Sequence record: MT679222.1
Source of the DNA: Proteus phage 2
Length of the DNA: 32,000 nucleotides
Direction: 5' to 3' (one strand)
The notes beneath the pieces are model-generated. The model was given only the letters and a program-made list of their open reading frames with translations, ran no database searches and was not told where the DNA came from. The number at the start of each line of letters is the position of its first letter. Positions within the stretch are counted from its first letter, which is position 1. The translations under genes were made by a program, and so were the position numbers. Below are positions 7,114 through 16,162 of this stretch, in pieces.

Positions 7114-7770
7114 GTGGACAATCTAATAAAACTGCTAACGCTCCTATTTAGTCAAATTAGTAATCCAAAGGATTTGTTACGTAATAGTGCCACGTTGTTG
7201 ATCGGTACTCTCATATTTATATTAGTAGAGTACCATGCCGAGATAGGGGAGTATATGTCAAACTTCTCTTCTTCAAAGATAATCGCTGAACAACAGCTAC
7301 TAAGGGAAGCTAAGTTTCCAGAAGTTGCTACGGAAAAGGCTCAAGCACTATATTTGCAAACTAGAGCTGATGCGGTATTTGTTTACAAATATGAACCTAC
7401 CGCTGTTAATGACTATCAGAAGATAATCTATTGGGAGAGTGCTATACCGCTACCTAAAGAGGATTATGAACTAAAACCGGTCGACAAAACTAGCAATCTA
7501 TATATGGAGCAGTTAGCGGGGATAAACTACGTAGTTTCATCCCCGGAAGAGCAAGTCTATTTTAAAGGATCAGATATACCAGCATTTAAAAATGTAGAGT
7601 TCAGCTACGTGTATACTTGTCCGTTTTTTAATTTAGATAATATATATTCCGGCTACATTGGTATAGCCTGGAGAGAGATACCAGCAGACAAGGAGCACAT
7701 GGAAGATTTAGAGAATTATCTATATAGAGTGTGCTCAACACCTGCAAGAGCCCTAGGCAGGGCTTTATAG
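7114..7770 (+). CDS. membrane protein with one N-terminal TM segment; candidate holin
   Basis: 218 aa, N-terminal hydrophobic segment (LLIGTLIFILVEYH) then a large soluble domain; lies directly upstream of the putative endolysin. Confidence 0.4.
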   Translation: MDNLIKLLTLLFSQISNPKDLLRNSATLLIGTLIFILVEYHAEIGEYMSNFSSSKIIAEQQLLREAKFPEVATEKAQALYLQTRADAVFVYKYEPTAVNDYQKIIYWESAIPLPKEDYELKPVDKTSNLYMEQLAGINYVVSSPEEQVYFKGSDIPAFKNVEFSYVYTCPFFNLDNIYSGYIGIAWREIPADKEHMEDLENYLYRVCSTPARALGRAL

Positions 7771-8285
7771 GAGATACTATGGAGACGAGAGGATTACCTT
7801 GGTTAGTTGAGGGGTATAAACTACTAGGGATACATGAAGCAACTAAAGATGGTGGTGCTGAGGTAGATAAACTGTGGAAAGACTTTAAGATGGGTGGTCT
7901 AATGGGCAGTCCAACAACTATACCATGGTGCTCTGGGTTTGTTGGCGGTACGCTAACCAGAGCAGGGCTACCTACTACCAGCACCAGTCAATACAATAAA
8001 GCTAGTTCTCAGTACTGGCTAGGTTATGGAACCAAATTGAGTAAGCCAGCTTTTGGGTGTATAGTAGTGTTTAAGTACCCTAACGGTAACGGTCATGTTG
8101 GGTATGTAGTAGGTAAAACCTCAAGTGGGTTATTATTAGTATTAGGTGGTAATCAAAGCGATATGGTATGCGTAAAAGCATTCAAAACCGGACTAATACA
8201 AGGATACGTATTCCCAGAAGGTAACTACACTATAGATTATGACCTACCAATAGGTGATGCAGAGTTAGTGGGATCAACTAGATAA
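7731..8285 (+). CDS. TIGR02594-like / CHAP-NlpC/P60-type hydrolase, probable endolysin; likely start METRGLPWLVEG near 7779
   Basis: WCSGFVGGTLTRAG ... GCIVVFKYPNGNGHVGYVVG Cys/His pattern. Confidence 0.7.
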   Translation: MLNTCKSPRQGFIGDTMETRGLPWLVEGYKLLGIHEATKDGGAEVDKLWKDFKMGGLMGSPTTIPWCSGFVGGTLTRAGLPTTSTSQYNKASSQYWLGYGTKLSKPAFGCIVVFKYPNGNGHVGYVVGKTSSGLLLVLGGNQSDMVCVKAFKTGLIQGYVFPEGNYTIDYDLPIGDAELVGSTR

Positions 8286-8290
8286 TAACA

Positions 8291-8325
8291 AAGGGAACTA
8301 TCGAAAGGTAGTTCCCTTTTCTTTT
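8291..8325 (+). terminator. rho-independent terminator
   Basis: AAGGGAACTA-TCGAAAGG-TAGTTCCCTTTTCTTTTT. Confidence 0.9.
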
Positions 8326-8328
8326 TAG

Positions 8329-8357
8329 TTGACAAATACTACGATTTTTGATATAAT
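8329..8357 (+). promoter_or_regulatory. consensus sigma70 promoter, TTGACA-N17-TATAAT
   Basis: Perfect hexamers and spacer. Confidence 0.9.
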
Positions 8358-8368
8358 ATTTATATAAA

Positions 8369-8584
8369 TTGATAAGAAAGGATTATTTTATGAAGAAATT
8401 CCGTATCAGTCACTACTTCTCTGGGTACGTTAGAGGTACATGTCATATTGAGGTTGACGCAGAGAGTCTAGAAGAAGCGCAAAGGATGTCGGAAGACCGC
8501 GGCGTTATAGATGCAGATGTGTTTGATCTTGCTAGAAGTGACGCAGAGATTGAAGATACTATGGTAGTGGAGATCGAAAAATGA
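8369..8584 (+). CDS. hypothetical protein; start probably MKKFRISHYFSG near 8390
   Basis: ORF track; AAAGGA upstream. Confidence 0.7.
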   Translation: MIRKDYFMKKFRISHYFSGYVRGTCHIEVDAESLEEAQRMSEDRGVIDADVFDLARSDAEIEDTMVVEIEK

Positions 8585-8697
8585 AAACTAAACTTATTGG
8601 TTGGTACAATTCAATGAGCACAGATACTAAAGCTATGATCTGGTTTACTATAATCACATTACCAGTAATACTGGTCATAGGGGTGTTAGGTGCCTAA
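8581..8697 (+). CDS. small membrane protein, 38 aa (not in ORF track)
   Basis: ATGA overlap with upstream stop; MKTKLIGWYNSMSTDTKAMIWFTIITLPVILVIGVLGA. Confidence 0.5.
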   Translation: MKTKLIGWYNSMSTDTKAMIWFTIITLPVILVIGVLGA

Positions 8698-8857
8698 CTC
8701 ACTGGTATTAGTGATATCAATGCTACTCGCTATAGCTCTAGGAATGAGCACTAGCATAGCAATCCATGTGGGACTAAGCGTAGAAACCTGCTTAATACTG
8801 ATCGTTATATCAGGTCTATTAGGTATGAGCATTCATAGAGTACACCAAATGTGGTGA
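8690..8857 (+). CDS. small membrane protein, GTG start, 55 aa (not in ORF track)
   Basis: Overlaps upstream stop; VPNSLVLVISMLLAIALGMSTSIAIHVGLSVETCLILIVISGLLGMSIHRVHQMW. Confidence 0.45.
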   Translation: MPNSLVLVISMLLAIALGMSTSIAIHVGLSVETCLILIVISGLLGMSIHRVHQMW

Positions 8858-8875
8858 ATGCGTTAAAAAATGTAC

Positions 8876-8904
8876 TTGCCAACTTACTAAAATTTTAGTA
8901 TAAT
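8876..8904 (+). promoter_or_regulatory. sigma70-type promoter, TTGCCA-N17-TATAAT
   Basis: -35 8876-8881, -10 8899-8904. Confidence 0.8.
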
Positions 8905-8938
8905 ATATGTATAAATTGCGAGATAGGAGATCAAAAGA

Positions 8939-9352
8939 ATGTCCAGTCGCTACTACGAGCAAATGTGTGAGTTTTTACGCATTAGCCCGTCAGAATTAGA
9001 TAATTATTTAAAACACGAACCGGAAAAATTACAGAGTAAAATAGACCGCAAACTTAATAGAGGTACTAAAACAGTGGCAAGTAAGAAAAGAACCCGCAGA
9101 GATATCTCAAACTATATTAGTGAGCGTATTGGTGCAGATCTTACTATTGAAAAGCTACCATTACCTACACTAGAAGCTGTTGAGGATTGCGCTAAAGTAA
9201 AAGGAAAGTTTACCAAAGTTGAAGTACCTACTGGTAGACTAAAACAACCATACATTGATGCACTTAAAACAATGTTTGGTAAAGATTTAGAGTTCAGCTC
9301 TATTACTGTAAAGTCAATGACTGAGCTATTAGAAGCATTTAACAACCTATAA
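8939..9352 (+). CDS. hypothetical protein
   Basis: ORF track, 137 aa. Confidence 0.8.
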   Translation: MSSRYYEQMCEFLRISPSELDNYLKHEPEKLQSKIDRKLNRGTKTVASKKRTRRDISNYISERIGADLTIEKLPLPTLEAVEDCAKVKGKFTKVEVPTGRLKQPYIDALKTMFGKDLEFSSITVKSMTELLEAFNNL

Positions 9353-9367
9353 AGCGGGAGACGCTCT

Positions 9368-10180
9368 ATGCAACAAGTTAATACACAAAACTTTATAGGT
9401 ATCAAACATAATGATACCTTGGATGTGCCACCAGATGCAAAACTATTCTTCGTTGGTGACATTCATGGTCACTACGATCACTTAATGAAAGCGTTGCATA
9501 AAGCAGATTTTGACTTTGATAAAGATTTCCTAGTCTCAGTAGGAGATCTTATTGACCGAGGTCCGAATAGCGCTAGAGTTGTGATGCTAATCGGGGAAAG
9601 GTGGTTTCATCCAGTAATGGGTAATCATGACTTCTTCCCAGTTGTGGATGACTATGTAAATTGGATGGGCAACGGTGGTACTTGGTCTTTAGATTACCCA
9701 GACCCAGATAGCAATGGTTTTGACCCAATACTTTTAAGAAAATTAACTAGCCTGCCCCTAACTAAAACTGTTACATATGGGGATCTTAGATTCGGAGTTA
9801 GTCATGCAGGTATTCCCAAGTTCTTTAAATTCTGGAGAGACTACGCTACCCAGGATTACATTGACTTGCCAACAGACTGGGATGGTATTGTTCAAATGCT
9901 TACAGAAGCCGTTAATGATCCTTTGTTGCATAGAGAATTAGTGCTGACCATGCTATGGGATCGTACAGTACGTAAGGGATTTGATAGGGGTGAAGACTTC
10001 CCTAAAATTGCAGGGGTAGACTACACCATTCATGGTCATACCTATAGTGCTGATAGATTAAACATCAGTAATAGAGTATATCTAGATACTGGTTGCGGAT
10101 GGAAAGATGGCAACTTAACTGTAACTAGAGCTAACGCGGATGGTACATTTACTGATTTCTTAGTACCTACTAAGGAGTAA
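9368..10180 (+). CDS. serine/threonine-type metallophosphoesterase (lambda phosphatase-like)
   Basis: FVGDIHGHYD, GDLIDRGP, GNHD and HGHT motifs. Confidence 0.92.
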   Translation: MQQVNTQNFIGIKHNDTLDVPPDAKLFFVGDIHGHYDHLMKALHKADFDFDKDFLVSVGDLIDRGPNSARVVMLIGERWFHPVMGNHDFFPVVDDYVNWMGNGGTWSLDYPDPDSNGFDPILLRKLTSLPLTKTVTYGDLRFGVSHAGIPKFFKFWRDYATQDYIDLPTDWDGIVQMLTEAVNDPLLHRELVLTMLWDRTVRKGFDRGEDFPKIAGVDYTIHGHTYSADRLNISNRVYLDTGCGWKDGNLTVTRANADGTFTDFLVPTKE

Positions 10181-10183
10181 TTT

Positions 10184-10354
10184 ATGCGTAGTAAATTTGG
10201 GGTTAAGATTAGACCGTTAGGTGCTCCTTCCTGGATTAATTGGTACGCCAGTATAGCGGAACTAGAAAAAGCTATTAAAGATATTGATGTAGCATATACA
10301 GTTTATTTGTGTACACCTAAAGAGGATCAAACATGGAAAAGGGGCATAAAGTAG
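10184..10354 (+). CDS. small hypothetical protein, 56 aa (not in ORF track)
   Basis: AAGGAG upstream; MRSKFGVKIRPLGAPSWINWYASIAELEKAIKDIDVAYTVYLCTPKEDQTWKRGIK. Confidence 0.6.
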   Translation: MRSKFGVKIRPLGAPSWINWYASIAELEKAIKDIDVAYTVYLCTPKEDQTWKRGIK

Positions 10355-10533
10355 TAGTTAACCGCCATGACATAGGATGGGGTACACTTACTTGGGTAAA
10401 TTCTTTTTATACTGAAAAAGAAGCCAAAGACTGGATATCAGATATGGAAGTGGAAGATTACGAACGCGAAAAGAACTTGAAAGGTACATCTAATACTTAT
10501 TATACATATACATATATTCCTTTAGAAAAGTAA
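10333..10533 (+). CDS. hypothetical protein
   Basis: ORF track, 66 aa. Confidence 0.6.
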   Translation: MEKGHKVVVNRHDIGWGTLTWVNSFYTEKEAKDWISDMEVEDYEREKNLKGTSNTYYTYTYIPLEK

Positions 10534-10562
10534 TTGCAAAGTTGCGATATTCTTGATATAAT
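10534..10562 (+). promoter_or_regulatory. sigma70-type promoter, TTGCAA-N17-TATAAT
   Basis: -35 10534-10539, -10 10557-10562. Confidence 0.8.
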
Positions 10563-10591
10563 ATGTTTATAAATTGAAATGAGGAATAATT

Positions 10592-10867
10592 ATGAAAAAA
10601 CTAAGTTCAGCTATGCAAGATTTAAAATTAGATAAGAAAGAGATGTGTAACACTTTACTTATCCTAATGGGCATGGATATCGCAGAGTTCCATTCTCAGT
10701 TTATGAAGATGAGTATCGCAACTCTTAACGTTATGTACGAACAATTAACTCAAAACGCTGTAGCACATGCTGAAGCTCGTCGCCAAGAGCGATTTGCTAA
10801 AGAACACTTAGCAGTTGCAGAGCGACGAATCGCATCTCTAGAGCGCTCATTACAAAAAAGGAAATAA
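10592..10867 (+). CDS. hypothetical protein, charged C-terminus
   Basis: GAGGAAT Shine-Dalgarno; 91 aa. Confidence 0.75.
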   Translation: MKKLSSAMQDLKLDKKEMCNTLLILMGMDIAEFHSQFMKMSIATLNVMYEQLTQNAVAHAEARRQERFAKEHLAVAERRIASLERSLQKRK

Positions 10868-10868
10868 T

Positions 10869-11162
10869 ATGATTTTAGAGTCAGTTGTAGGATTATTAGT
10901 AGTATCTGTACTTGGCAATATTGGTTTAGGTATTGCTTACAAAGGGGTGCAGAACCGTTTACTACGTTATGCTGAAAATACAAAAGAAGCAATTAGAAAC
11001 TTGGATGCTAAGATTCTAGAGACGGAGGAGAATCTAATCCTACGTGAAGAGGAATTAATTGCTCAAATTCATCATGCTATTGCTACTACTCCAATGAAGC
11101 AAACAGACAGAATCCAACTAATTTCACGTATTAAAAGGATTCAAGATGGGACTGATAAGTAG
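10869..11162 (+). CDS. membrane-anchored coiled-coil-like protein, hypothetical
   Basis: N-terminal hydrophobic segment, charged heptad-like C-terminus. Confidence 0.7.
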   Translation: MILESVVGLLVVSVLGNIGLGIAYKGVQNRLLRYAENTKEAIRNLDAKILETEENLILREEELIAQIHHAIATTPMKQTDRIQLISRIKRIQDGTDK

Positions 11163-11436
11163 ATTATTTAGTAAACCCGTACCACCAGATCCCCTAGCGC
11201 TTAGATCTGGTGGGTATAGTTTATCTGCCTACTTTGGTATTGAAGCATTGAGAGTGCCTATATGGGCTAAGCACTGGAGTGTAGATCATAAAGGGTCGTT
11301 GGTAGTATGGGAAACTACACCTATGTATGATGATTACTTAATGGAATTTGAAGCTGAAGGTAAATGCCTGCACTTACTAATGCTAGACAAAGATAATATA
11401 TTAACTACAGCTAAAGGAGCATTATATAATGTCTAA
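11146..11436 (+). CDS. hypothetical protein
   Basis: ORF track, 96 aa. Confidence 0.7.
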   Translation: MGLISRLFSKPVPPDPLALRSGGYSLSAYFGIEALRVPIWAKHWSVDHKGSLVVWETTPMYDDYLMEFEAEGKCLHLLMLDKDNILTTAKGALYNV

Positions 11437-11617
11437 TAAAGTAACACTAGAACTAGAGGAATCGACCATTGATTTAGTAATGGTTGCTATTGCTGAAATG
11501 AGTACATCAGGTACAGAGTTCACTTCCGCTGAACGATTACATGCACTTATGGATTTAAATGAAGCTATGGATAACGCAAAGTTTGCTATGGCTAATAAGG
11601 TAGATACAAGTGAGTAA
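11429..11617 (+). CDS. hypothetical protein
   Basis: ORF track, 62 aa, overlapping neighbours. Confidence 0.65.
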   Translation: MSNKVTLELEESTIDLVMVAIAEMSTSGTEFTSAERLHALMDLNEAMDNAKFAMANKVDTSE

Positions 11618-11771
11618 ACAAATAACAATAACTTTACTACAATCTGATGTAGAAACCTTTCTTGTATGGGCTAACTCTATGTTCTTATATGACATTGACG
11701 AAGAGGAGGCAGAAGCCTTAACCAAGTTAGCAGATGCACTTACAAGCGAACTGGAGAAATTAGATGATTAA
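11610..11771 (+). CDS. small hypothetical protein, GTG start (not in ORF track)
   Basis: MSKQITITLLQSDVETFLVWANSMFLYDIDEEEAEALTKLADALTSELEKLDD; resembles the upstream ORF in size and composition. Confidence 0.55.
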   Translation: MSKQITITLLQSDVETFLVWANSMFLYDIDEEEAEALTKLADALTSELEKLDD

Positions 11772-12099
11772 TTTAAATTTAACATACGAAGAAGCAGAAG
11801 AACTACAAAAGGCATTAGTGCCAATCATTAAAAAGGCTGGCGAAGGTGACTTACCAATAGTAAAGATAGCATCTAGACTAGGGGCAGCCTTAATTGAGGA
11901 ATGGAACCCAGGAACCTCACTCATGCCCCTTCATGTTCCGGTAATTATCAATTTACAAGGTAGTATGATAAAAGCTATTAGAACATCATTAGCTGATAGT
12001 TATCATCCCAAATTCCAGGAAGTAACGTATACCCTAGTAAATGGTCTAGATGTTACTACCGTGTTAGATACAAGCAAATTCTCATGGAGACGCCTGTAA
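11764..12099 (+). CDS. hypothetical protein
   Basis: ORF track, 111 aa. Confidence 0.7.
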   Translation: MINLNLTYEEAEELQKALVPIIKKAGEGDLPIVKIASRLGAALIEEWNPGTSLMPLHVPVIINLQGSMIKAIRTSLADSYHPKFQEVTYTLVNGLDVTTVLDTSKFSWRRL

Positions 12100-12100
12100 T

Positions 12101-12517
12101 ATGAAAGATTTACTTATTGAGAAAGGGTATGTTCAAGGCACAAAGACAACTGCACTATTTGAAGAAGCATTTATAAATATGGATGGTTCATTAGATATAG
12201 CATTCTTTAATCACGTGCATGAAACTACCTTTACAGCAAAAGCATTGCGTGGAGCTTTGAAAGAATTGGGCGTCACGCCCCTTTACCTGGGTAAAGGGGA
12301 AGAATCCACTAAAGAGATCTCTCAAGTATATTCTTTTGGCACGCACGCAAATGCTAAAATGTGGATTATTGATCTATATAATAAGTTTGGCAAAGTCTTT
12401 TCTAGAGGTTCTGTTCTGGGATGGATTGCAAAGCAACGACCAGAAAAGTCAGCAGGATCGTTCTCACCTCTAGGAATGGCACACATTCCAAGTGTGAATG
12501 AGACGGAAGCAATTTGA
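12101..12517 (+). CDS. hypothetical protein
   Basis: ORF track, 138 aa. Confidence 0.75.
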   Translation: MKDLLIEKGYVQGTKTTALFEEAFINMDGSLDIAFFNHVHETTFTAKALRGALKELGVTPLYLGKGEESTKEISQVYSFGTHANAKMWIIDLYNKFGKVFSRGSVLGWIAKQRPEKSAGSFSPLGMAHIPSVNETEAI

Positions 12518-12990
12518 CACAAGATGAAATAAGAAAACTAGGTAGGGAATCTCGAGAAGATGCCTTTATTGACATGATGCTAGATTTCCCTGCCTTTAGG
12601 TTTACTAAGCGAGATGGTAGCCTTAACCTTAGAAAGATTAACCAACTAGATGTTGGGTATAGGCAACTAGCAAAGAATGCTTGGTTTGTCCAACGAGCAT
12701 TAAAAGTACACGATAGAGTCTATGGCTACTATAACGTAGAATATGAAAGAATGGATGTACCAGTAGCTATATTTTGTAATGTCCATGAAGGCATATTTCT
12801 ACAAACACCTAAAGCTCACCTAGCTGGCAGTGGATGCCCTGAGTGTGCTAGAACCTTAGTGGATCGAGAAACCGAAAAGGGTATATTCAAAGTACCTTTC
12901 CCCTATCATTATTACAAAATAGAAGATAACTTAGTTGTTTTCTATAATGCAAAGAAAGAGGAGTATGTACCAGAGGGTCAAACCCTCTAG
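12514..12990 (+). CDS. hypothetical protein with phage Cys/His module
   Basis: CNVHEGIFLQTPKAHLAGSGCPEC pattern, a recurrent zinc-binding module in phage proteins. Confidence 0.8.
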   Translation: MTQDEIRKLGRESREDAFIDMMLDFPAFRFTKRDGSLNLRKINQLDVGYRQLAKNAWFVQRALKVHDRVYGYYNVEYERMDVPVAIFCNVHEGIFLQTPKAHLAGSGCPECARTLVDRETEKGIFKVPFPYHYYKIEDNLVVFYNAKKEEYVPEGQTL

Positions 12991-13080
12991 AACTACTAAC
13001 AATATGAAAAATGACATACATGCTGTTATTTTATTTGTATTATTAATATTCCTGATTTGTTTAATATAAGGAGTTTTATG

Positions 13081-13308
13081 AATGCCGTGCTTTTAGTTAT
13101 TAGCTGTGTATTTTTGCTAATCTTAGGACTAGGATTTATGGTAGTTGCTGATGTAACTTCCAAGGTAGTATATAGTCACGTTCTTAGGTATAGAACTCGT
13201 GGGTTCTACTCAGCATTAGTACAGCCGTGCGTGTGGGTAGCAACTATTGCTATACTAGTAGCTATTGTACACCCAATACTTTTAGGGGTAATGACCCTAC
13301 TACTGTGA
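13081..13308 (+). CDS. small membrane protein; start moved downstream of the track start at 13057
   Basis: AAGGAG before ATG 13081; MNAVLLVISCVFLLILGLGFMVVADV. Confidence 0.7.
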   Translation, partial: NAVLLVISCVFLLILGLGFMVVADVTSKVVYSHVLRYRTRGFYSALVQPCVWVATIAILVAIVHPILLGVMTLLL

Positions 13309-13314
13309 TGTATC

Positions 13315-13350
13315 AGCCCAGTGAGATTTTTCGTTTCACTGGGCTTTCTC
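13315..13350 (+). terminator. rho-independent terminator
   Basis: AGCCCAGTGA...TCACTGGGCTTTCT. Confidence 0.85.
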
Positions 13351-13364
13351 GTTTAAAATACTAT

Positions 13365-13393
13365 TTGACAATTTACGTGTTATTTAGTATAAT
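13365..13393 (+). promoter_or_regulatory. consensus sigma70 promoter, TTGACA-N17-TATAAT
   Basis: Perfect hexamers and spacer. Confidence 0.9.
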
Positions 13394-13404
13394 ATATTTA
13401 TAAA

Positions 13405-13773
13405 TTGAATAAAGGAGTAAATAAAGTGAGAGCTTTATTAAATGCTTTAGAAGAAGCAGTAGCACGGCAAGCGCTTTACAAAAGTAACATGAAAGAAAGG
13501 TATAATGAAAGCAATAAAACAGCTAAGGATCTAGAGGGTATTAAATCTGATGCGATGCTACTGGTTGATTCCTTAATCATTAAAGGTAGTCCAGTTAAGC
13601 AAGCCTTAGTAAATAGACTAGCATACCTTTATAAAGTTAGAGCGCTTACCTCAAAGAATAAGCATAAAAGCAAGAGAAGCGGAAACGTTAATCTGCAAGC
13701 ACTTACTAAGATGCTTACCAGTATTAACTCAGACATTAATGAACTAGAACAATTACTTATAGGGGTAAATTAA
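13405..13773 (+). CDS. hypothetical coiled-coil-like protein (start codon uncertain)
   Basis: ORF track, 122 aa. Confidence 0.75.
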   Translation: MNKGVNKVRALLNALEEAVARQALYKSNMKERYNESNKTAKDLEGIKSDAMLLVDSLIIKGSPVKQALVNRLAYLYKVRALTSKNKHKSKRSGNVNLQALTKMLTSINSDINELEQLLIGVN

Positions 13774-13774
13774 T

Positions 13775-14107
13775 ATGGAAGAACATTTAAAATATATGAT
13801 AAAGCAGTCTTTCTCAGTGTTTAAGGACTTAAGCTCTCAAGAGTTCATGTCTTGTCTAGATACGTCTAGTGTAGCAGGTACAGTCTTAGTTGGCAAGATG
13901 AGTATAGTATCCGCTGGACTATATGATGCTATCATGGAAGAGAATACTCTTTCAGTGCTGAAAGCCCTTAAAACAATTGAGAAGCTCGCCGTATTAGCAG
14001 AGCAAGTAGACTTCAACTGCGTAGACTTTGAATACATTACCTACTGCGTCAAGAATGGTACTGAATTTGATGCAAACATTGCAATCGGTCAAAGAACTGG
14101 AGAATAG
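13775..14107 (+). CDS. hypothetical protein
   Basis: ORF track, 110 aa. Confidence 0.75.
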   Translation: MEEHLKYMIKQSFSVFKDLSSQEFMSCLDTSSVAGTVLVGKMSIVSAGLYDAIMEENTLSVLKALKTIEKLAVLAEQVDFNCVDFEYITYCVKNGTEFDANIAIGQRTGE

Positions 14108-14405
14108 TATGCTATCAACACCAGCATTTATAGTTGGGGCTATACTAGGTGTAATACTTGTTGTAGTAGCTTTTGTTATACTCCCACTAATAGACTAGGA
14201 GAATGTATGCTTAGTATATTATACGGATTATCACTAGGGTTTATATCGGGGGTTGGGATAGGTAGTATTATATCCCTGATACTAATAGGAATGGTATTTT
14301 TCGTGGAGAGAAAATAAATGAATATTGTAGAAATGTATGTTGTTGTTTACTCACTAACACAACTGTGGGCTAATAAGGACAACTTTGTAGCGTGGTTACT
14401 AACAA

Positions 14406-14591
14406 ATGATAATTAAGTTGCCATCAGATAAGTTAGGGATATTAGACCATTTCCCTATCGCAGTAATACAAACATTAAGGTTAGAAAAGGGAACCCTAAC
14501 ATTGAATGTTATGCCTAGCAAACGTTGTAAGTTAAGCCAGCTAGAAGAATATATTACTAAAGTTGGAGGTGTTATATGTACATTGCACTAG
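14406..14591 (+). CDS. hypothetical protein
   Basis: ORF track, 61 aa. Confidence 0.55.
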   Translation: MIIKLPSDKLGILDHFPIAVIQTLRLEKGTLTLNVMPSKRCKLSQLEEYITKVGGVICTLH

Positions 14592-14917
14592 CATTCATTG
14601 CATTCATTGCATTCATTGTCGCGCTAGACTGGATAGACGATAATGTTAAGGGTAAGTTAACTAAGTTAGTGCTAGGAGTAGTAATTATTTGTAGTTATAT
14701 TTTCATACTAGACTCTATAACTAATATATATGATAGGGATACTATTCGCGAAGCGCTACTGGGGGATGGTTGTAAAACAACTAACCAAGTAGTAGACAAG
14801 CCCGTTATAGAAAAGATAGGTAATGAATACCTTATAACCAATGATACAGAGCAGTTATTTGAATATCAGTGCAACTCGAGAAACCAATATTTGAAGAGCC
14901 CTAATTTGGAACAGTAA
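14576..14917 (+). CDS. membrane protein, hypothetical
   Basis: MYIALAFIAFIAFIVALDW and a second TM segment. Confidence 0.75.
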   Translation: MYIALAFIAFIAFIVALDWIDDNVKGKLTKLVLGVVIICSYIFILDSITNIYDRDTIREALLGDGCKTTNQVVDKPVIEKIGNEYLITNDTEQLFEYQCNSRNQYLKSPNLEQ

Positions 14918-14931
14918 TCCCCAGTTATACA

Positions 14932-14956
14932 AAGCCCCCAATAAGGGGCTTATTTT
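14932..14956 (+). terminator. probable rho-independent terminator
   Basis: AAGCCCC-CAATAA-GGGGCTTATTTT. Confidence 0.65.
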
Positions 14957-14965
14957 AGGAGTAAT

Positions 14966-15481
14966 ATGAAAGACTTTCACACAACTAAGCGAGTTTTCTT
15001 AAACTCAGAAGATACATCAGATTTAGCATCTGCAAGTTTTCTAGCAGAGTCCATTGATGGCTCATTCAATGCAAAGTTCGTGGTATCTTATGGTAACAGA
15101 CAAATTGTGCTTCACTCTAATTTACTTAATCAAATATCACCAGAGCGATCTTCAGTACTATTTTATAATAAGATGAAACTATTGGTGACTAAACTAGATG
15201 ACTTTATTGCTAGAGCTAAAATAACATACCATACTAAAAGCTATGGTATTGTTATACCATTAGGTAATGATGAGGAAGCCACTTCATCTAGTATTAACTA
15301 CCAAGAATTTGAGGGTAAATCTGCCCTAATATCTATAACTGATTGCGTTAATAAATTAGTAGTATTAGATATAGTTAACTGCGATTCGGATGATCGTGTA
15401 GATGAACAATTCTCTAGAGTTATAGCATTAAGTAACTTTATCCATGAATTCTTAACTGAGCTAGAGGAAAACATATTATGA
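14966..15481 (+). CDS. hypothetical protein
   Basis: AGGAG upstream; 171 aa. Confidence 0.8.
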   Translation: MKDFHTTKRVFLNSEDTSDLASASFLAESIDGSFNAKFVVSYGNRQIVLHSNLLNQISPERSSVLFYNKMKLLVTKLDDFIARAKITYHTKSYGIVIPLGNDEEATSSSINYQEFEGKSALISITDCVNKLVVLDIVNCDSDDRVDEQFSRVIALSNFIHEFLTELEENIL

Positions 15482-15780
15482 AAAGAGTAATACTATTCCC
15501 TAGAGCGTATCCAGAACCATTTATAGCCCTTTACGAAGGTAAAGGAAATAAGAAGATCTATTTTAAAGACATAAGGTCACTAGATATAGAGATAGATGAA
15601 GCAGGTATCTACATAATCCTAGATAGGAAGCAGGAAACGGAAGCACTACTAGCGGATAGGTACGGTACTATCAGAGGAATTGACTTTGTTTTAACACCAG
15701 AGGGTGAAGAACTATATCATGAACTGCAAGAAACATTAGGACAACTTAACTCAGTAGTAGGGGTGTATAATTATGATTAA
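15478..15780 (+). CDS. hypothetical protein
   Basis: ATGA overlap; 100 aa. Confidence 0.75.
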   Translation: MKRVILFPRAYPEPFIALYEGKGNKKIYFKDIRSLDIEIDEAGIYIILDRKQETEALLADRYGTIRGIDFVLTPEGEELYHELQETLGQLNSVVGVYNYD

Positions 15781-16162
15781 ATTTGAGCAGTATAAAGAGC
15801 TGTTTGAGATTATGGAAGCCTCCGGAAAGTTTAGATTCTCATTAAGTTCCGGAGATGGTGGTTTAACATTTTCAGTTCGTATCATTAATAGTGCTGATAC
15901 TGTAGTAGCTAAGTTAGAGGAAAAGTTCATTTACACAATCAATGAACTTGGAGATAGTGAGCTCCCTAGAATCTTTATAGGTGAGGACAACATAGCTAGA
16001 ATTGGAAAGGGCATGTACTCTCTCACTTTACCAGTAGCATTTAAAGCAGTCTGTGATGCCTGTCCAAGATGTAACGGATATGGTAATACATATGGGCTAG
16101 TAGGTGGAAAAGTAGATTTTACAACATGCACAGAATGTAATGGAACAGGAGTAAAGAAATGA
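15773..16162 (+). CDS. hypothetical protein with C-terminal DnaJ-like zinc motifs
   Basis: CPRCNGYG ... CTECNGTG (two CxxCxGxG). Confidence 0.8.
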   Translation: MIKFEQYKELFEIMEASGKFRFSLSSGDGGLTFSVRIINSADTVVAKLEEKFIYTINELGDSELPRIFIGEDNIARIGKGMYSLTLPVAFKAVCDACPRCNGYGNTYGLVGGKVDFTTCTECNGTGVKK

